Below, piece after piece: positions 10,155 through 20,606 of a DNA stretch of 32,115 nt; the stretch's first letter is position 1; every line of letters starts with the position of its first letter. Both the position numbers and the translations under genes were made by a program. This DNA comes from a virus (Duplodnaviria; Caudoviricetes): positions 1 through 32,115 of IMG/VR virus record IMGVR_UViG_3300020043_007451; one strand, given 5' to 3'. A model generated the notes under the pieces. That model saw nothing but the letters and a program-made list of their open reading frames with translations, was not told where the DNA came from and ran no database searches.

Positions 10155-12542
10155 TTACTGATTTTGACGTTGTTTCAAAGCTTCTAGTGTAGACATCACA
10201 TTTTTCTTTTTCATTTGTGGATCTACAATGGGAGCAGCACCAGAAGTACCAGCAGCAGGAGCAGTTGGCATTATACCAGCTTTGCTTTCTTGCATTGGAA
10301 CTTGATACTCACGAGCAATTTGTATCATACGCTTGACAGCTTTATCACGAGTGTCAATGACGCCAAGACCAGGCACAGGAATTTTACTACGAACTTCAAC
10401 TTCCAATTGATTACGAATTGCTGCTTGCTTTTCAGCAACTTGCAAACGAAGATTTGCATCTTCTTCTTCAACATCAACAGTTTGTTTTTGAGTTTCAATT
10501 TTGCCTGTAACAGGATTCTTGATTTTGGTTTCTTGAACTTTGACAACTGGAAGATTAGCAGGACCTTTGACATCAGCAGCCAACCAATCCCATCCAAAGA
10601 AGCCATACTTTTTCTCTGTAACAGCATTTTCTACTGGTACAGTTTTGGTTGTTGTGTATTTGCCAAGTGCATAATCTTTGTATGCAAGTTTATTGAGCTG
10701 ACTGATAGCATCACTTGTAATGCTGGTTGTAGCACGTGCTGCAGCATTGTCAGTGATATCATTCAAATGACTCTTGAGACGCTGCTCAAAGTCACCTGTA
10801 AAATTAGCACTGATTGCAGCACCCAATTGAGCTGATTTTAAGCGAGATGCATCCTTTTCAGGATCATATGCATTAATTGCAGCATACAATCTTTCATAAT
10901 TGGATGTGTCATTAATGTTGGTTTTGTCTTTTTGATTTTTGTGATATGCACCAATTGCATCAACTAACACAGGATCAGAGCGAAGAATTCTGTAATCTTC
11001 CTTTTTAAGCTCTTCATCAAAGTTAAAGTCAGGCTTTTCAATGCTGGTATCAATGACATCTTTGAGTCTACCAAACTGTCTACTGCCATTTGCAGCAATG
11101 TTTTGTTGTGCTTTGAATACAGCAGCATCACGAACTGATGGTGAAGCCCAAGTTAAATCAATGCCATTTGGAAGCACTTGTTCGCCTTCTTTAGCAGTCA
11201 AGCGTGTACGACCTCTTTTTGCATAAAATGTTTCACCACCAACATCCACAACAGAATCCACAACAGAATCATAACCACCCTGTTTAACTGATGCAGCTAC
11301 ATCTGCAGATGCATTATCTGTTGCTCCTTTGGTTAAATTGGATCCAGCCAACACTTGCATTGCAATGTCGCTGTATTGTACACGTTTGGTTGGATTGTTT
11401 TTTAAGCTGGCACGTGCAACACCAATTGCACCAGAATTGTATGGTTCATAGTAGTGTTTGCCAGATGAATCAGCTTCATCCATGATTTGTTTGATGCTTT
11501 TACCAGTAACAGCAGCTCTGTTGACAATGGTTTCCATGAATGCAATTTGTGCTTCACGGCTTTGACCACCTACTTCTGCTTCAGTCAATTCAAACAATTG
11601 TTGTGAGATCATTGGATCTTGAAGATCTTGACCATATTTGGAGCGAATTTGACCCAAGCTAGCTGATGTACCCATGGGAGTATTTGCAGCTTCAATGACT
11701 TTGTCAGGCTGCATTTCAATATTCTTTTCAAGATCTTTAACTCTTTGACCCAATTTAGCTTTGTATTCAATTTGATTGATCTGAAATTTAACTTCTTCTG
11801 ATTTAACCCAACCTTTTGCACCAGCTTCTTTCCACTTTTGTTGTGCTTCATTAAAGTACTGCGGATCATTCAACGCTAAACCTGTATCCACAAGATCTTT
11901 GGTATCAACATTGAGTTTTTGTATCTCTACATTGGTCATGAGGTTATCACGATCCATTTTAAATCCTTGCTGTTGTTCAGGAGAAAAAACATTGGTTCGT
12001 TGTATTGTATCAAGTGCAGCATTATACTGCGTAAAATCACCAGTTTGTTGAGCTTGTTCACGAAGACTACCCAATGTGCTGGTAAAGTTTTGACCTCTCT
12101 GCTGCAAAGATGATCCCCATGCAGTAGTTATTGCTTTGTCACTATAATTGGCAAGACGAGCATTGACACGCAATCTGGTTTCTGCAGACATGGGTACATT
12201 GGCCCAATAATCAATGGCGCGTGCTGCATCATCACGAGCACGTTGTTCCCATCTGTTGGTACCATCTTTTTCAATTTGATCATTACCAGAATTTTCTTGA
12301 AACCATTTTTGTCTTTCAAGTGCATCTTCAGAAAGATATTTGTCAAGATCTATTTCTGTAGTTGCATCATCTAGATCTTGTTTCTGTTTCATGAGCTTGA
12401 CACTCAAGTTGCTAGCTACACCTGCTATTTTGCTCAATCCTTGAGCTACGCCTGAATCAGCCAGGCGAAATTGTGCAGGCTGCAAATATTGATTGCCTGA
12501 TCTAAGTTGTTCTGGTTCTTTGTATAATGCGATGCGAGCCAT
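10155..12542 (-). CDS. Internal virion protein with cell-wall hydrolase (SleB/Hydrolase_2-like) domain
   Basis: Position of T7 gp15. Internal segment LTEAEVGGQSREAQIAFMETIVNRA...YYEPY...GSNLTKGATDNAS. Confidence 0.65.
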   Translation of the reverse strand: MARIALYKEPEQLRSGNQYLQPAQFRLADSGVAQGLSKIAGVASNLSVKLMKQKQDLDDATTEIDLDKYLSEDALERQKWFQENSGNDQIEKDGTNRWEQRARDDAARAIDYWANVPMSAETRLRVNARLANYSDKAITTAWGSSLQQRGQNFTSTLGSLREQAQQTGDFTQYNAALDTIQRTNVFSPEQQQGFKMDRDNLMTNVEIQKLNVDTKDLVDTGLALNDPQYFNEAQQKWKEAGAKGWVKSEEVKFQINQIEYKAKLGQRVKDLEKNIEMQPDKVIEAANTPMGTSASLGQIRSKYGQDLQDPMISQQLFELTEAEVGGQSREAQIAFMETIVNRAAVTGKSIKQIMDEADSSGKHYYEPYNSGAIGVARASLKNNPTKRVQYSDIAMQVLAGSNLTKGATDNASADVAASVKQGGYDSVVDSVVDVGGETFYAKRGRTRLTAKEGEQVLPNGIDLTWASPSVRDAAVFKAQQNIAANGSRQFGRLKDVIDTSIEKPDFNFDEELKKEDYRILRSDPVLVDAIGAYHKNQKDKTNINDTSNYERLYAAINAYDPEKDASRLKSAQLGAAISANFTGDFEQRLKSHLNDITDNAAARATTSITSDAISQLNKLAYKDYALGKYTTTKTVPVENAVTEKKYGFFGWDWLAADVKGPANLPVVKVQETKIKNPVTGKIETQKQTVDVEEEDANLRLQVAEKQAAIRNQLEVEVRSKIPVPGLGVIDTRDKAVKRMIQIAREYQVPMQESKAGIMPTAPAAGTSGAAPIVDPQMKKKNVMSTLEALKQRQNQ

Positions 12543-12564
12543 AAAGTTTTGTATATTTAAGCTA

Positions 12565-13239
12565 TTACTTGCTTGAAGTCATTGCTGGAGCTGCAGGAGC
12601 GCCACCTGGTGCACCACTTGGTGTTTGTGCTGAACCTGGTGTTTTAGATCCTTTGGATGACATCATAGCAGCACTACCAACTGATCCAGCAACATCACTA
12701 ACGGTATTCAATATAATGCCAGTCTTTTGACCTCTCAATTGACCTGCTTGTTGTCTACCCATTTCAAGAGCAGTTTGACCTTTGTATGCAAGTTCACGCT
12801 GAGCAAGTGAGCTATAATAATTCATGTCAGCAAGTTCCAATTGCTGTTTATTCCATGTATCAGCTTCAATTTCTAGAGTAGTACCTGTACCAGTCATAAA
12901 GCCAGTATCAGCAATTTGTGAAAGTTGTGCTGAACGTGCACGTTTCTGAGCCAACATGGTTCTGCGTCTGTTGGCTTCTGTTTCAGCCTGTTGACGATCA
13001 GCTTCCATTTTGAGTGCATCAGCTTCAGCTTCTGCATTGTATTCTGCTTGCTTAGCTTGTTCTTCAGCTTGTTGATATTGAACTACACCAGATGCAGTAG
13101 AAGCAATAACAGAAACAGCTAATGCGGTATATGCAATGGTAACAGGGTCATTGCAAGGTGGTGTTGTTGCAGTGTATCTTTGAGGCAAGTTAGCATTGTG
13201 CATCAAATATTCGCAATGTTCTGAATATTTTCTCTTCAT
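12565..13239 (-). CDS. Internal virion protein (T7 gp14-like position)
   Basis: CNDPVT followed by a hydrophobic stretch, a Gln/Ala coiled coil and a GFMTGTGT motif; follows the GNAT-like gene. Confidence 0.65.
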   Translation of the reverse strand: MKRKYSEHCEYLMHNANLPQRYTATTPPCNDPVTIAYTALAVSVIASTASGVVQYQQAEEQAKQAEYNAEAEADALKMEADRQQAETEANRRRTMLAQKRARSAQLSQIADTGFMTGTGTTLEIEADTWNKQQLELADMNYYSSLAQRELAYKGQTALEMGRQQAGQLRGQKTGIILNTVSDVAGSVGSAAMMSSKGSKTPGSAQTPSGAPGGAPAAPAMTSSK

Positions 13240-13248
13240 GTTTAGTAT

Positions 13249-13674
13249 TTATTCATTGTTGAGTACATAAAAACAAGATGCATAATCGTGATCACTAATT
13301 ATCCAATCTTTACGCTGCTTCATTTTAAATGCCTCAACAATATCCTTTCTGAGATTGCATTGAATTGCTACAATGGGAGTGTTGCTCATTTTGGCGTAAT
13401 TTTGAATGAATGTTGTAGCACATCTGAACAAGCTCTTGAGTGCACGTGTAAATTTCATGCCTGCATTGGGATTTGAAAACAATGTCGCAATTTGTGCTAC
13501 AGGTGTACCATAGATAAAATACACAAACAATGCTGCAACGTCTTCACCATCAAGTGAGTAAATGAATCCATTTGGAGGCATAAGATCAGCATTGAAGTTC
13601 ATTTGTCTGTGCTGAGCCCATGCCTGCAATGTTGCTGCATCTTGTTCTCTTTTGTAAGCTCTTACTTCACCCAT
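13249..13674 (-). CDS. GNAT-like protein (T7 gp13-like position)
   Basis: Start MGEVRAY at 13674, just after the tail tubular B stop. PPNGFIY...VAALFVY...FSNPNA pattern plus synteny. Confidence 0.55.
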   Translation of the reverse strand: MGEVRAYKREQDAATLQAWAQHRQMNFNADLMPPNGFIYSLDGEDVAALFVYFIYGTPVAQIATLFSNPNAGMKFTRALKSLFRCATTFIQNYAKMSNTPIVAIQCNLRKDIVEAFKMKQRKDWIISDHDYASCFYVLNNE

Positions 13675-13675
13675 G

Positions 13676-16600
13676 TTAGTTGCCTTGAACCTCCATCTTC
13701 CACACCATGCCCAGCAAGTTGAATGGAGCTGCATCATAGTGTACTACTGCAAACAATGGATTCTCAGTCCAATTGCTGTTGATGGATGTATCAGCAGTTG
13801 ATCCACTGTAAGTTTGCAACCAAGGTCTAGCTGACAATGTGGCTGTACCATTGTATGATACATTTGTGTTTGCATAATACATTATGCTTTGATCATCAGG
13901 TGTGATGTTGAAGTTGAAGTCTTGATAGCTAATGTTGTTAGCAGGTGTATCATAAGTTGGCAACAATTCCAAACCACGACCACCTGACAATGTAGATCTA
14001 AAGCTGTCAAGTGAAACATACTTGCCTCCAACTGTTCTCCATGGCTTGAATTCAACACGATTGATTCTGTGCTTTCTTCCCATGGATGTACCATTATCAA
14101 GTTTGATGTCAAAGCGTGTTGGAATGTAGAGTGAATACACAGGCAAACCGACGACAGCTTGTGGCAAGTCTTGTGCACCATCTTGATTCATATTATCATC
14201 AAAAGGCAGCGTAAATTTGTATGGATATTCAGCAAACAAACCTGATATTGAGCCTGAAAAATACACAGGACCAGCACTTACATTTTGACCAGTTGTATAC
14301 ACTGCATAAACATTGCGTTTATAAAAGCCTAAATTGGTTTTATAGCCAGAATTAATATTAACATCAGTTAAATTTGTAAAGCAGTAAGCTGTAACTCTTT
14401 GACCAATTGATGGACCAGAGGGTATTACACCTTCTAATCTTGTAAATGACTGGCAATACCCATCAAGATATCCATAGCGCAATGCACCAATGTTATCATA
14501 TTCACCATAAGTTAAATTGGTTGAACCATAACCTGAGTTGGCACCGTAAATGTAATTTAGTACAAATTGATCAAATCTCTCAAGGTTGTAATATTGTAAT
14601 CCATCTCCATCGGTACGATTAACAACAAACCATATTTCATCAGCAGATTTGTTTTGACCAGGAATTGTAGTTACACTAATGAACTTATCAGTTGATGCAT
14701 TGAGACCAGCAAATGCTGAAAGTCTTCTACCACCAGTTGTATGACGGTGCCAAGCTGTTACATTTTGAGCACGATCATAAGAGAAACCAAGCAATTCACC
14801 AGATTTGTTGATGCTCCACAAAACAGGATCTGGATTTTTCATCATTGCACATTGTACAAAACCAGAACCATTGATGTGATCTGCCAATAAAGACATGTCA
14901 GGAGCAACAAAAGAATCAGTTTGAAAGTTGTAAGCAAACTCACGCAATCTCTTGTTACCATTTTGGAAGTACAACAATGAATCAGTTGTAACAACACCTG
15001 GAATATCACAACCACCATTGTAAAGACGAACACGACCTCTGATGGTAGTAGGATTGATGCTGGCATCACTGTCGCCTGCATCAATGGTGTAAACTTCACC
15101 ATCTGTAGCTACAACCAATTGTCTGTTGAATGATTTCATCCAACGAATTCTGCTGCTTACTTTGGCTTGCAATGTCAAGTCAAGTGCATCAGAAACATTG
15201 GTACCCAAAAGAAAATTGTAAAATTCATCTTTTTGTGAACCCCAAACTCTTGTTGGCTGTGTTGCAACACCACCAAACCACAATCTAGATTCATGCAATG
15301 CTACAGAACTTGGATAACCTGTTGATGCAGAAAACGCAGGACGCTTGTAATAGCTTGTAGAAACACCAACAGCTTTGTCTGGTAATGCTTGGTTATTGTT
15401 GAATGTAGGATAACCTTTTACAGTATTTGCATCAACATATTCACTGATTAAAAATGGAACAGTGAGGATGGCATTTGCTGGTTCAAGTACTAATGTACGT
15501 GCACCTTCAGTAGCAGCTGCAGTACCATAGCGTTGACCACTCAATCTATACCATGCACCTTTGGTTGGTGCTTCATAAGTATATGAAATGTTGTTGTCTT
15601 TTGAGCTTTCAACAGTGAACAATTGAATTGCATTCCATGTAACACCATCCAAGGACTCTTCAAGATAATATGTTCCAATGGGAGCTGCACCTATGTCCCA
15701 GCGAGATGATACCAGCATTTGACCTTGCAAAAAGATTTCTTCAGATGGTTCTAATGTAGCTGTTGCGCTAGTTAGTCTCAAACGCAATCTGCTGTAATAG
15801 TTGTCTACTGGTACGCGAATCTGCCAAGTTTCACCAACACTGCCTGTTGTAAAAATGTCTTGTTCAGATACAAGTTTGTAACGCAAATCTGACAAATCAG
15901 TTGAGCTTCCAGCTAATGACCAATAGTTTTTCCATTTTTTACCTTTTGTAGGAGTATTGACACCCACTGTATCAAATATGTCTGCACTATAAAAAGCATC
16001 ATCACTAGTATGTCCTAATCTGCATTTGTATAGTCTTTTATTGTACCATACAACTTGACCAATTTTATACGCTACATCTGCTGCCCATTTATTGTATTTG
16101 GTAGAGTTTGTACCTCTGTTCCAATAATTGTTCCAGCTGCCAGTGGTAGAACCTGGTTTGCCTGTACTTGCAGCAGCGCCAGATGTAGATGTGTGAGCTG
16201 TATTGCATGTAAACAAACCAACTGCACTAATTGCAGAGAGAGTTGAGTATGTACCACTTGTAACACCAACGCGATCACCAATTGAATATGAAATATTTGG
16301 TGCCCATTCAGGAGAATCATATTGAATCTGAACAACATTGGTACTAATATCTACATCCAATGCAGGTGCAAAATCAAATACAATGGGTTCAAATGACCAG
16401 AAATCAGCATACAAACGTTTAAGAACTCTGGGTCTATGATTTTTATGAGTAATGAAAGCTACATCATTGACTGATTCAATCTGCAATTCAAATATTTCAT
16501 CATTAGTATATGGTGTATCAAATACTATTTGATCAAAGTTTGGCAATTGCTGCCAGTTGGCAGAAAGTTTATCCATTTCTGACTCAATGAAACCAGTAGT

Positions 16601-17269
16601 AAAAGCAGGTGAACCATAGCTAACTAACAATGCTGAAGGAGCATAATTTGTCGTAACAATGCATTTATATCAAAGATAATCTCCACTAGTGTCAACAAAG
16701 CGAATGATGTCATTTGGCTTGTAATAATATGGTGTCCAGTAATCGGTCCAATTGGCTGCACTCAAAGGTTGATCTGTTCCATTTGTTGCAGTGATTGTTA
16801 CATTGGCTGTAAACAACTGATTTTGATAATAGGTGCCGGTAGGATTAAATGCAGTATTATAATAATCACCAGGTACCCAACCACTCAATGAAGAACCATT
16901 GTTGGTAAACAATCCAAGATCTTGAAAGCTACTAAATGAACCATCAGCTCTGTATTCAGTCCATCTACCTGTTTCTGTTTCTGTATTGTTATATACAACA
17001 TGAATGCGCAGTTTTTGTTCTGTAAATTCTAAAATGTATGCACTATCTTGATTGCGTGTAAAACCTTCAATGCGTGCTGTTGCATTGCCTAAAGTTTGTC
17101 TCACATATTGGGTACCAGGACGTTTGTAAATGCCACCATATGGCTTCACAATGAAGTTTTCCAATACACGAGCACCTGAGTTGTATTTCTCATTGTCTAC
17201 ACGCAAATCCATTTGAGGAGACATTTCTCCTCCATTGATTGAATTGAACAAATAATGTAAGTCAGCCAT
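13676..17269 (-). CDS. Tail tubular protein B / nozzle (T7 gp12-like), interrupted by one in-frame TGA at 16670-16672
   Basis: The N-terminal part (NSINGGEMSP...ENFIVKPYGGIYKRPGT) and C-terminal part (GYPSSVALHESRLWFGG, VTAWHRHT) are in the same frame, separated only by TGA. Combined length is 1197 codons plus stop. Confidence 0.8.
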
Positions 17270-17278
17270 AAAAATTAA

Positions 17279-17863
17279 TTAATACCAGTCAGATTGTCTT
17301 GCAATGATGATTTCAGATTCAATGTCACGATCGTAAATTTTTTCACGCAACTCTTTGCTGTCTCTGATTTTGCATTGAGGCAGCATAATTTTCTCATACA
17401 TGTCTCTGTATTTCATTGCATCTCCTGCAGGACCATTGATGGCTTGTGCAATGTAAGATGCTAGCAAGAAAGAGAATGCATTGACACAATCTTGTGGCCA
17501 AGTAGTTGGTTCCATTTGTTTCACATACTTGAGAACAGGATACTGAACGTTTGACAAAATGTATGAACTCTCTACTGCAAACTTCTCTTCCACATAATCT
17601 GCATAGATTACACGAATGCAATCAGCTGGCAATGGAGCTTGATAATCATATTCTGCAAGTGGTGCAGATGAAAGAGCAGAAAGTGTTGTTCTGGTTGTAG
17701 CAAAGTTCCAAGGATGTGTACGAAGAAATTCATCACGTGCAGCATCATACCACCCGCGGATGACAATTGCTTCTTGTGTATCATCTGTGTCTACGTTGGT
17801 CAAGGCTCTGCCACCCATATGATACACAGCTAGGTTTGCGATTTGTGTTTTGGTTAACGCCAT
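17279..17863 (-). CDS. Tail tubular protein A / head-tail adaptor (T7 gp11-like)
   Basis: TQIANLAV...YDAARDEFLRTHPWNFAT...YQAPLPADCIRV signature. Confidence 0.85.
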   Translation of the reverse strand: MALTKTQIANLAVYHMGGRALTNVDTDDTQEAIVIRGWYDAARDEFLRTHPWNFATTRTTLSALSSAPLAEYDYQAPLPADCIRVIYADYVEEKFAVESSYILSNVQYPVLKYVKQMEPTTWPQDCVNAFSFLLASYIAQAINGPAGDAMKYRDMYEKIMLPQCKIRDSKELREKIYDRDIESEIIIARQSDWY

Positions 17864-17891
17864 ATGATGTATTTATGCTCTCTGAGCCTAT

Positions 17892-17933
17892 AAAACAAAA
17901 GAGCCCTTGCTTATTAGGCAAAGGCTCCTTTTT
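17892..17933 (-). terminator. Intrinsic terminator
   Basis: - strand GGAGCCTTTGCC-TAAT-AAGCAAGGGCTC-TTTTGTTTT downstream of the 84-aa gene. Confidence 0.7.
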
Positions 17934-17947
17934 AGTTGTATGTTATG

Positions 17948-18202
17948 TTAGGAATTTGTTGCAGGAGGCAATCCGTCAAGACCAGTTACAGCTCTAACAA
18001 TGGATGTTTGAAGTGAAGTATCAGCACTTAGCGCAATGATGTTAGCAAAGCGTTGCAAGTACTTGATGGCACTCAATCCTTGGTTAGCAGTAGTGTCACC
18101 ATCTGGAAAAGCAGAAGCAAATTCAACAGAGTAAACTGCAGAGTAATTGCCGGCACCTGGTTCAGCTTGTCCAAAAAGAATTTCGTTGGTATATTGTGGC
18201 AT
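17948..18202 (-). CDS. Hypothetical protein after capsid gene (possible decoration protein)
   Basis: 84-aa ORF with its own TAAATA box (18208-18213) and its own terminator. Confidence 0.55.
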   Translation of the reverse strand: MPQYTNEILFGQAEPGAGNYSAVYSVEFASAFPDGDTTANQGLSAIKYLQRFANIIALSADTSLQTSIVRAVTGLDGLPPATNS

Positions 18203-18236
18203 AATAGTATTTAATCTATTGGTTTGATGTTGAGTT

Positions 18237-18276
18237 AAAAAAAGAGCCCAACTGAGGTTTTAATTCAGTTGGGCCC
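18237..18276 (-). terminator. Intrinsic terminator after major capsid gene
   Basis: - strand GCCCAACTGA...TCAGTTGGGC followed by TCTTTTTTT. Confidence 0.85.
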
Positions 18277-18305
18277 AAGTTAATTTGTTTCTACATCACT
18301 TGAGC

Positions 18306-19178
18306 TTATACAGCACAAGTAATTTCAACAACCTTCTCGTTCTCTGTTCTGACAGCACCCAAGTCCATCACAGAACGAACTGTGAGAGCGTGGCGAAGGT
18401 CAGGACGGATGTCCATGTAAGTTGCACGCTTGCCAACAGAAAGCTTGATACCAGTCTTGTGGAAGGCATAAGGAGTGTTGGTTACGAGAGTTGTGTGGAT
18501 GAACTTGAAGCCCATGAAGGTGTCAATCTCGGCATTCACCAATGCGCGAACTGTGTTGTAATCGGCATCACCGATTTCACCAGCGCGAAGCAAGTCACGC
18601 TTCTGAGCAGGACCAATCACCATGTAGCGCTCGTCCATAGGAACGTTGCTAGTATCGAGAATGTAACCTGCTTGACGAAGCTTACCAATGGTAAGACCGC
18701 TGTTGACTGCAGTGCCGCTTTCAACGTAGTTGATAGCAACTTTTTGACCACTTGGAAGTGCATCAGAAGTTGTACCATCTTCGCCAATGTAGCGAGTACC
18801 ACCAAGCGCAGCAATGACAATGGTGTCAATGGTACGATTGAAGGAAGCAGCAAAGGTTTGTACGGCTTCAGAAGTTGGAAGTGCAATCTGAGACAAGAAG
18901 AACTCATCGTTCTCGTCAAATGTTTCAGTCACTTCATATGGGTTCTGAGTGAGCCAATACTTGCTACCGCTGAGTTCGTTGGTAGGAGTGGTTTGGAGAC
19001 GGCTAGAAATAGCCACGGCTTCTCTACTGTTGTAGAGGTTGAATGCTTTCTTCTTGCCGATGAAATCAGCACGAGAGACAGCACCCTGAAGGCGAGAATC
19101 CAACTGTTGCAGAGCAAGATCCATGCTTGTCTGATACTGAATTGGATAGAATTTGTCGATGGTAAGGTTACCTGGCAT
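18306..19178 (-). CDS. Major capsid protein (HK97 fold, podovirus type)
   Basis: LQQLDSRLQGAV, AASFNRTIDTIVIAA, GLTIGKLRQA, EIDTFMGFKFI, MDLGAVRTENEKVVEI; located after the scaffold gene. Confidence 0.9.
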   Translation of the reverse strand: MPGNLTIDKFYPIQYQTSMDLALQQLDSRLQGAVSRADFIGKKKAFNLYNSREAVAISSRLQTTPTNELSGSKYWLTQNPYEVTETFDENDEFFLSQIALPTSEAVQTFAASFNRTIDTIVIAALGGTRYIGEDGTTSDALPSGQKVAINYVESGTAVNSGLTIGKLRQAGYILDTSNVPMDERYMVIGPAQKRDLLRAGEIGDADYNTVRALVNAEIDTFMGFKFIHTTLVTNTPYAFHKTGIKLSVGKRATYMDIRPDLRHALTVRSVMDLGAVRTENEKVVEITCAV

Positions 19179-19361
19179 AATATTTGTTTTGTTTGTTTTT
19201 CTTTGCGGTGTAGAAATCTGTCTACGGCAGTTTGCACTGTTTGGCGTGCCGCCTTTGAGTTGTTTGTATCGTCATTAATACAGAGTTCCCGAAAGTCGGC
19301 TCCTTCTTAAAGTGCAATTGAGTTCCCACGCAAAGTGGCTCTATGCTATAAACTATTTATA
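19179..19361 (-). promoter_or_regulatory. TATAAATA promoter and ~170-nt structured 5' leader of capsid gene
   Basis: Perfect TATAAATA at 19354-19361; twin hairpins at 19320-19341 and 19283-19302, with further stems downstream. Confidence 0.7.
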
Positions 19362-19392
19362 TTCAGTAAAATTTTTGATTGTTTCAAAAATA

Positions 19393-19428
19393 CAAAAAAA
19401 GGGGCACCACATTGCTGCAGTGCCCCTA
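19393..19428 (-). terminator. Intrinsic terminator after scaffold gene
   Basis: - strand GGGGCACTGCA-GCAA-TGTGGTGCCCC followed by a T run. Confidence 0.85.
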
Positions 19429-19454
19429 GTATGGCAATCAATCTCCAATATTAC

Positions 19455-20363
19455 TTATGCAGAAGCATTCATAGCTGCAAAGATATTCTTCAACTTTTCA
19501 GCAGCTGCCATTTGTTTATCAGTACCATTTTTACCCATGTAATCACCTGATTTGAGAACTGAGTCATACATTTCTTGGTATGTTTGAGCAGTGGATGTAA
19601 CACCAGAAATTTTGGTCTTGTCTTCACCCAACAATGCATCTACACGTGTAAGTGCTTTGATGATGGCTGGATTGTTACCAATGCTGGCATCATTTGGATC
19701 CAGACCCACAGCAAGTGCAGCACGTTGAGCTCTCTGCAAATTAGAGTTGAGGTCATTGCCCCATTCCTTTTTGAGTGCTCCCATGGTATCTTCAAACTGT
19801 TTAGCTTGCATTTGTTCTGCACGTACCATGACGTCTTTCATAGAATCATTGTAAACGTCCACAAGTTCATGCAATGCTTTGGTTGGAATACCATATTTGG
19901 ATGCTACTTGTGTAGCTCTATCTGCTACAGCACCATTCCACTGATCTTCTGCAACATCATCTGGACGTTTCAGGCCATAATCTTCTGGTTTGAAGTTGGC
20001 TCCAATGGCTTGTTTGTATGCACTCCAATCTTCTTCTGTAGCTTCTGCATCAGGCATCTTGATGGGAACACTTTTCTTGGAGAATTCCTTTTCAAGGTTT
20101 GCATAACTGTGCATGAGCTCAATGGGAGACTTGAACTTGGCAAGTGTCTTGGAGTAATCTGTCAACTGTTCAGGCAATCTGCCTGTCCATCCATCGACAA
20201 ACTTTCCATCTTGGCCAAGCAATTCCTGAAAATTTGTTGCAGGAGTCGCATTAACTGGTGCTGTTTGTGTTACTTGCGTTTGAGTTTCAGTAGCAGCAGT
20301 AGCAAGTACACTGTTGTTCTGAGTTGTTGTTACGTTATCGGCTGTGCCGGCGTTGTTTTCCAT
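19455..20363 (-). CDS. Capsid scaffolding protein
   Basis: Low-complexity N-terminus, KFKSPIELMHSYANLEK, LKKEWGND, GNNPAIIKAL; lies between portal and capsid genes. Confidence 0.8.
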   Translation of the reverse strand: MENNAGTADNVTTTQNNSVLATAATETQTQVTQTAPVNATPATNFQELLGQDGKFVDGWTGRLPEQLTDYSKTLAKFKSPIELMHSYANLEKEFSKKSVPIKMPDAEATEEDWSAYKQAIGANFKPEDYGLKRPDDVAEDQWNGAVADRATQVASKYGIPTKALHELVDVYNDSMKDVMVRAEQMQAKQFEDTMGALKKEWGNDLNSNLQRAQRAALAVGLDPNDASIGNNPAIIKALTRVDALLGEDKTKISGVTSTAQTYQEMYDSVLKSGDYMGKNGTDKQMAAAEKLKNIFAAMNASA

Positions 20364-20395
20364 AGATTAATATTTAGTCTTTTGTGTCCACTTTT

Positions 20396-20602
20396 TTATG
20401 GGTGTACAAAATATTTGTGTAATTCTTTTGAAATCCTGAATCGTCTGGTGATATACTTTTGATTGAACTCTTGTTTGGAGTGGTTTTCACCATACCATTC
20501 AATGTATTCTGGAGTTAAATCACCCAGTCGTGGATGCATTGCAGGTGGTTCAATGGGACCTGTGAGTGTTTCGTCAATGTTGTCTGTTTTCTTTTTAGCC
20601 AT
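20396..20602 (-). CDS. Hypothetical protein
   Basis: 68-aa ORF in the head operon, 4 nt after the previous stop. Confidence 0.6.
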   Translation of the reverse strand: MAKKKTDNIDETLTGPIEPPAMHPRLGDLTPEYIEWYGENHSKQEFNQKYITRRFRISKELHKYFVHP

Positions 20603-20606
20603 AAAA

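Noticed and set aside
16600-16672. Selenocysteine at the in-frame TGA
   Set aside because: No clear SECIS-like hairpin directly downstream and no redox-motif context.
19179-19353. tRNA gene in structured intergenic regions
   Set aside because: No cloverleaf, T-loop GTTCRA or CCA pattern found here or elsewhere by eye.
18285-20462. Long + strand ORFs of 341 aa and 295 aa
   Set aside because: Antisense to the well-supported capsid and scaffold genes; no motifs or promoter.
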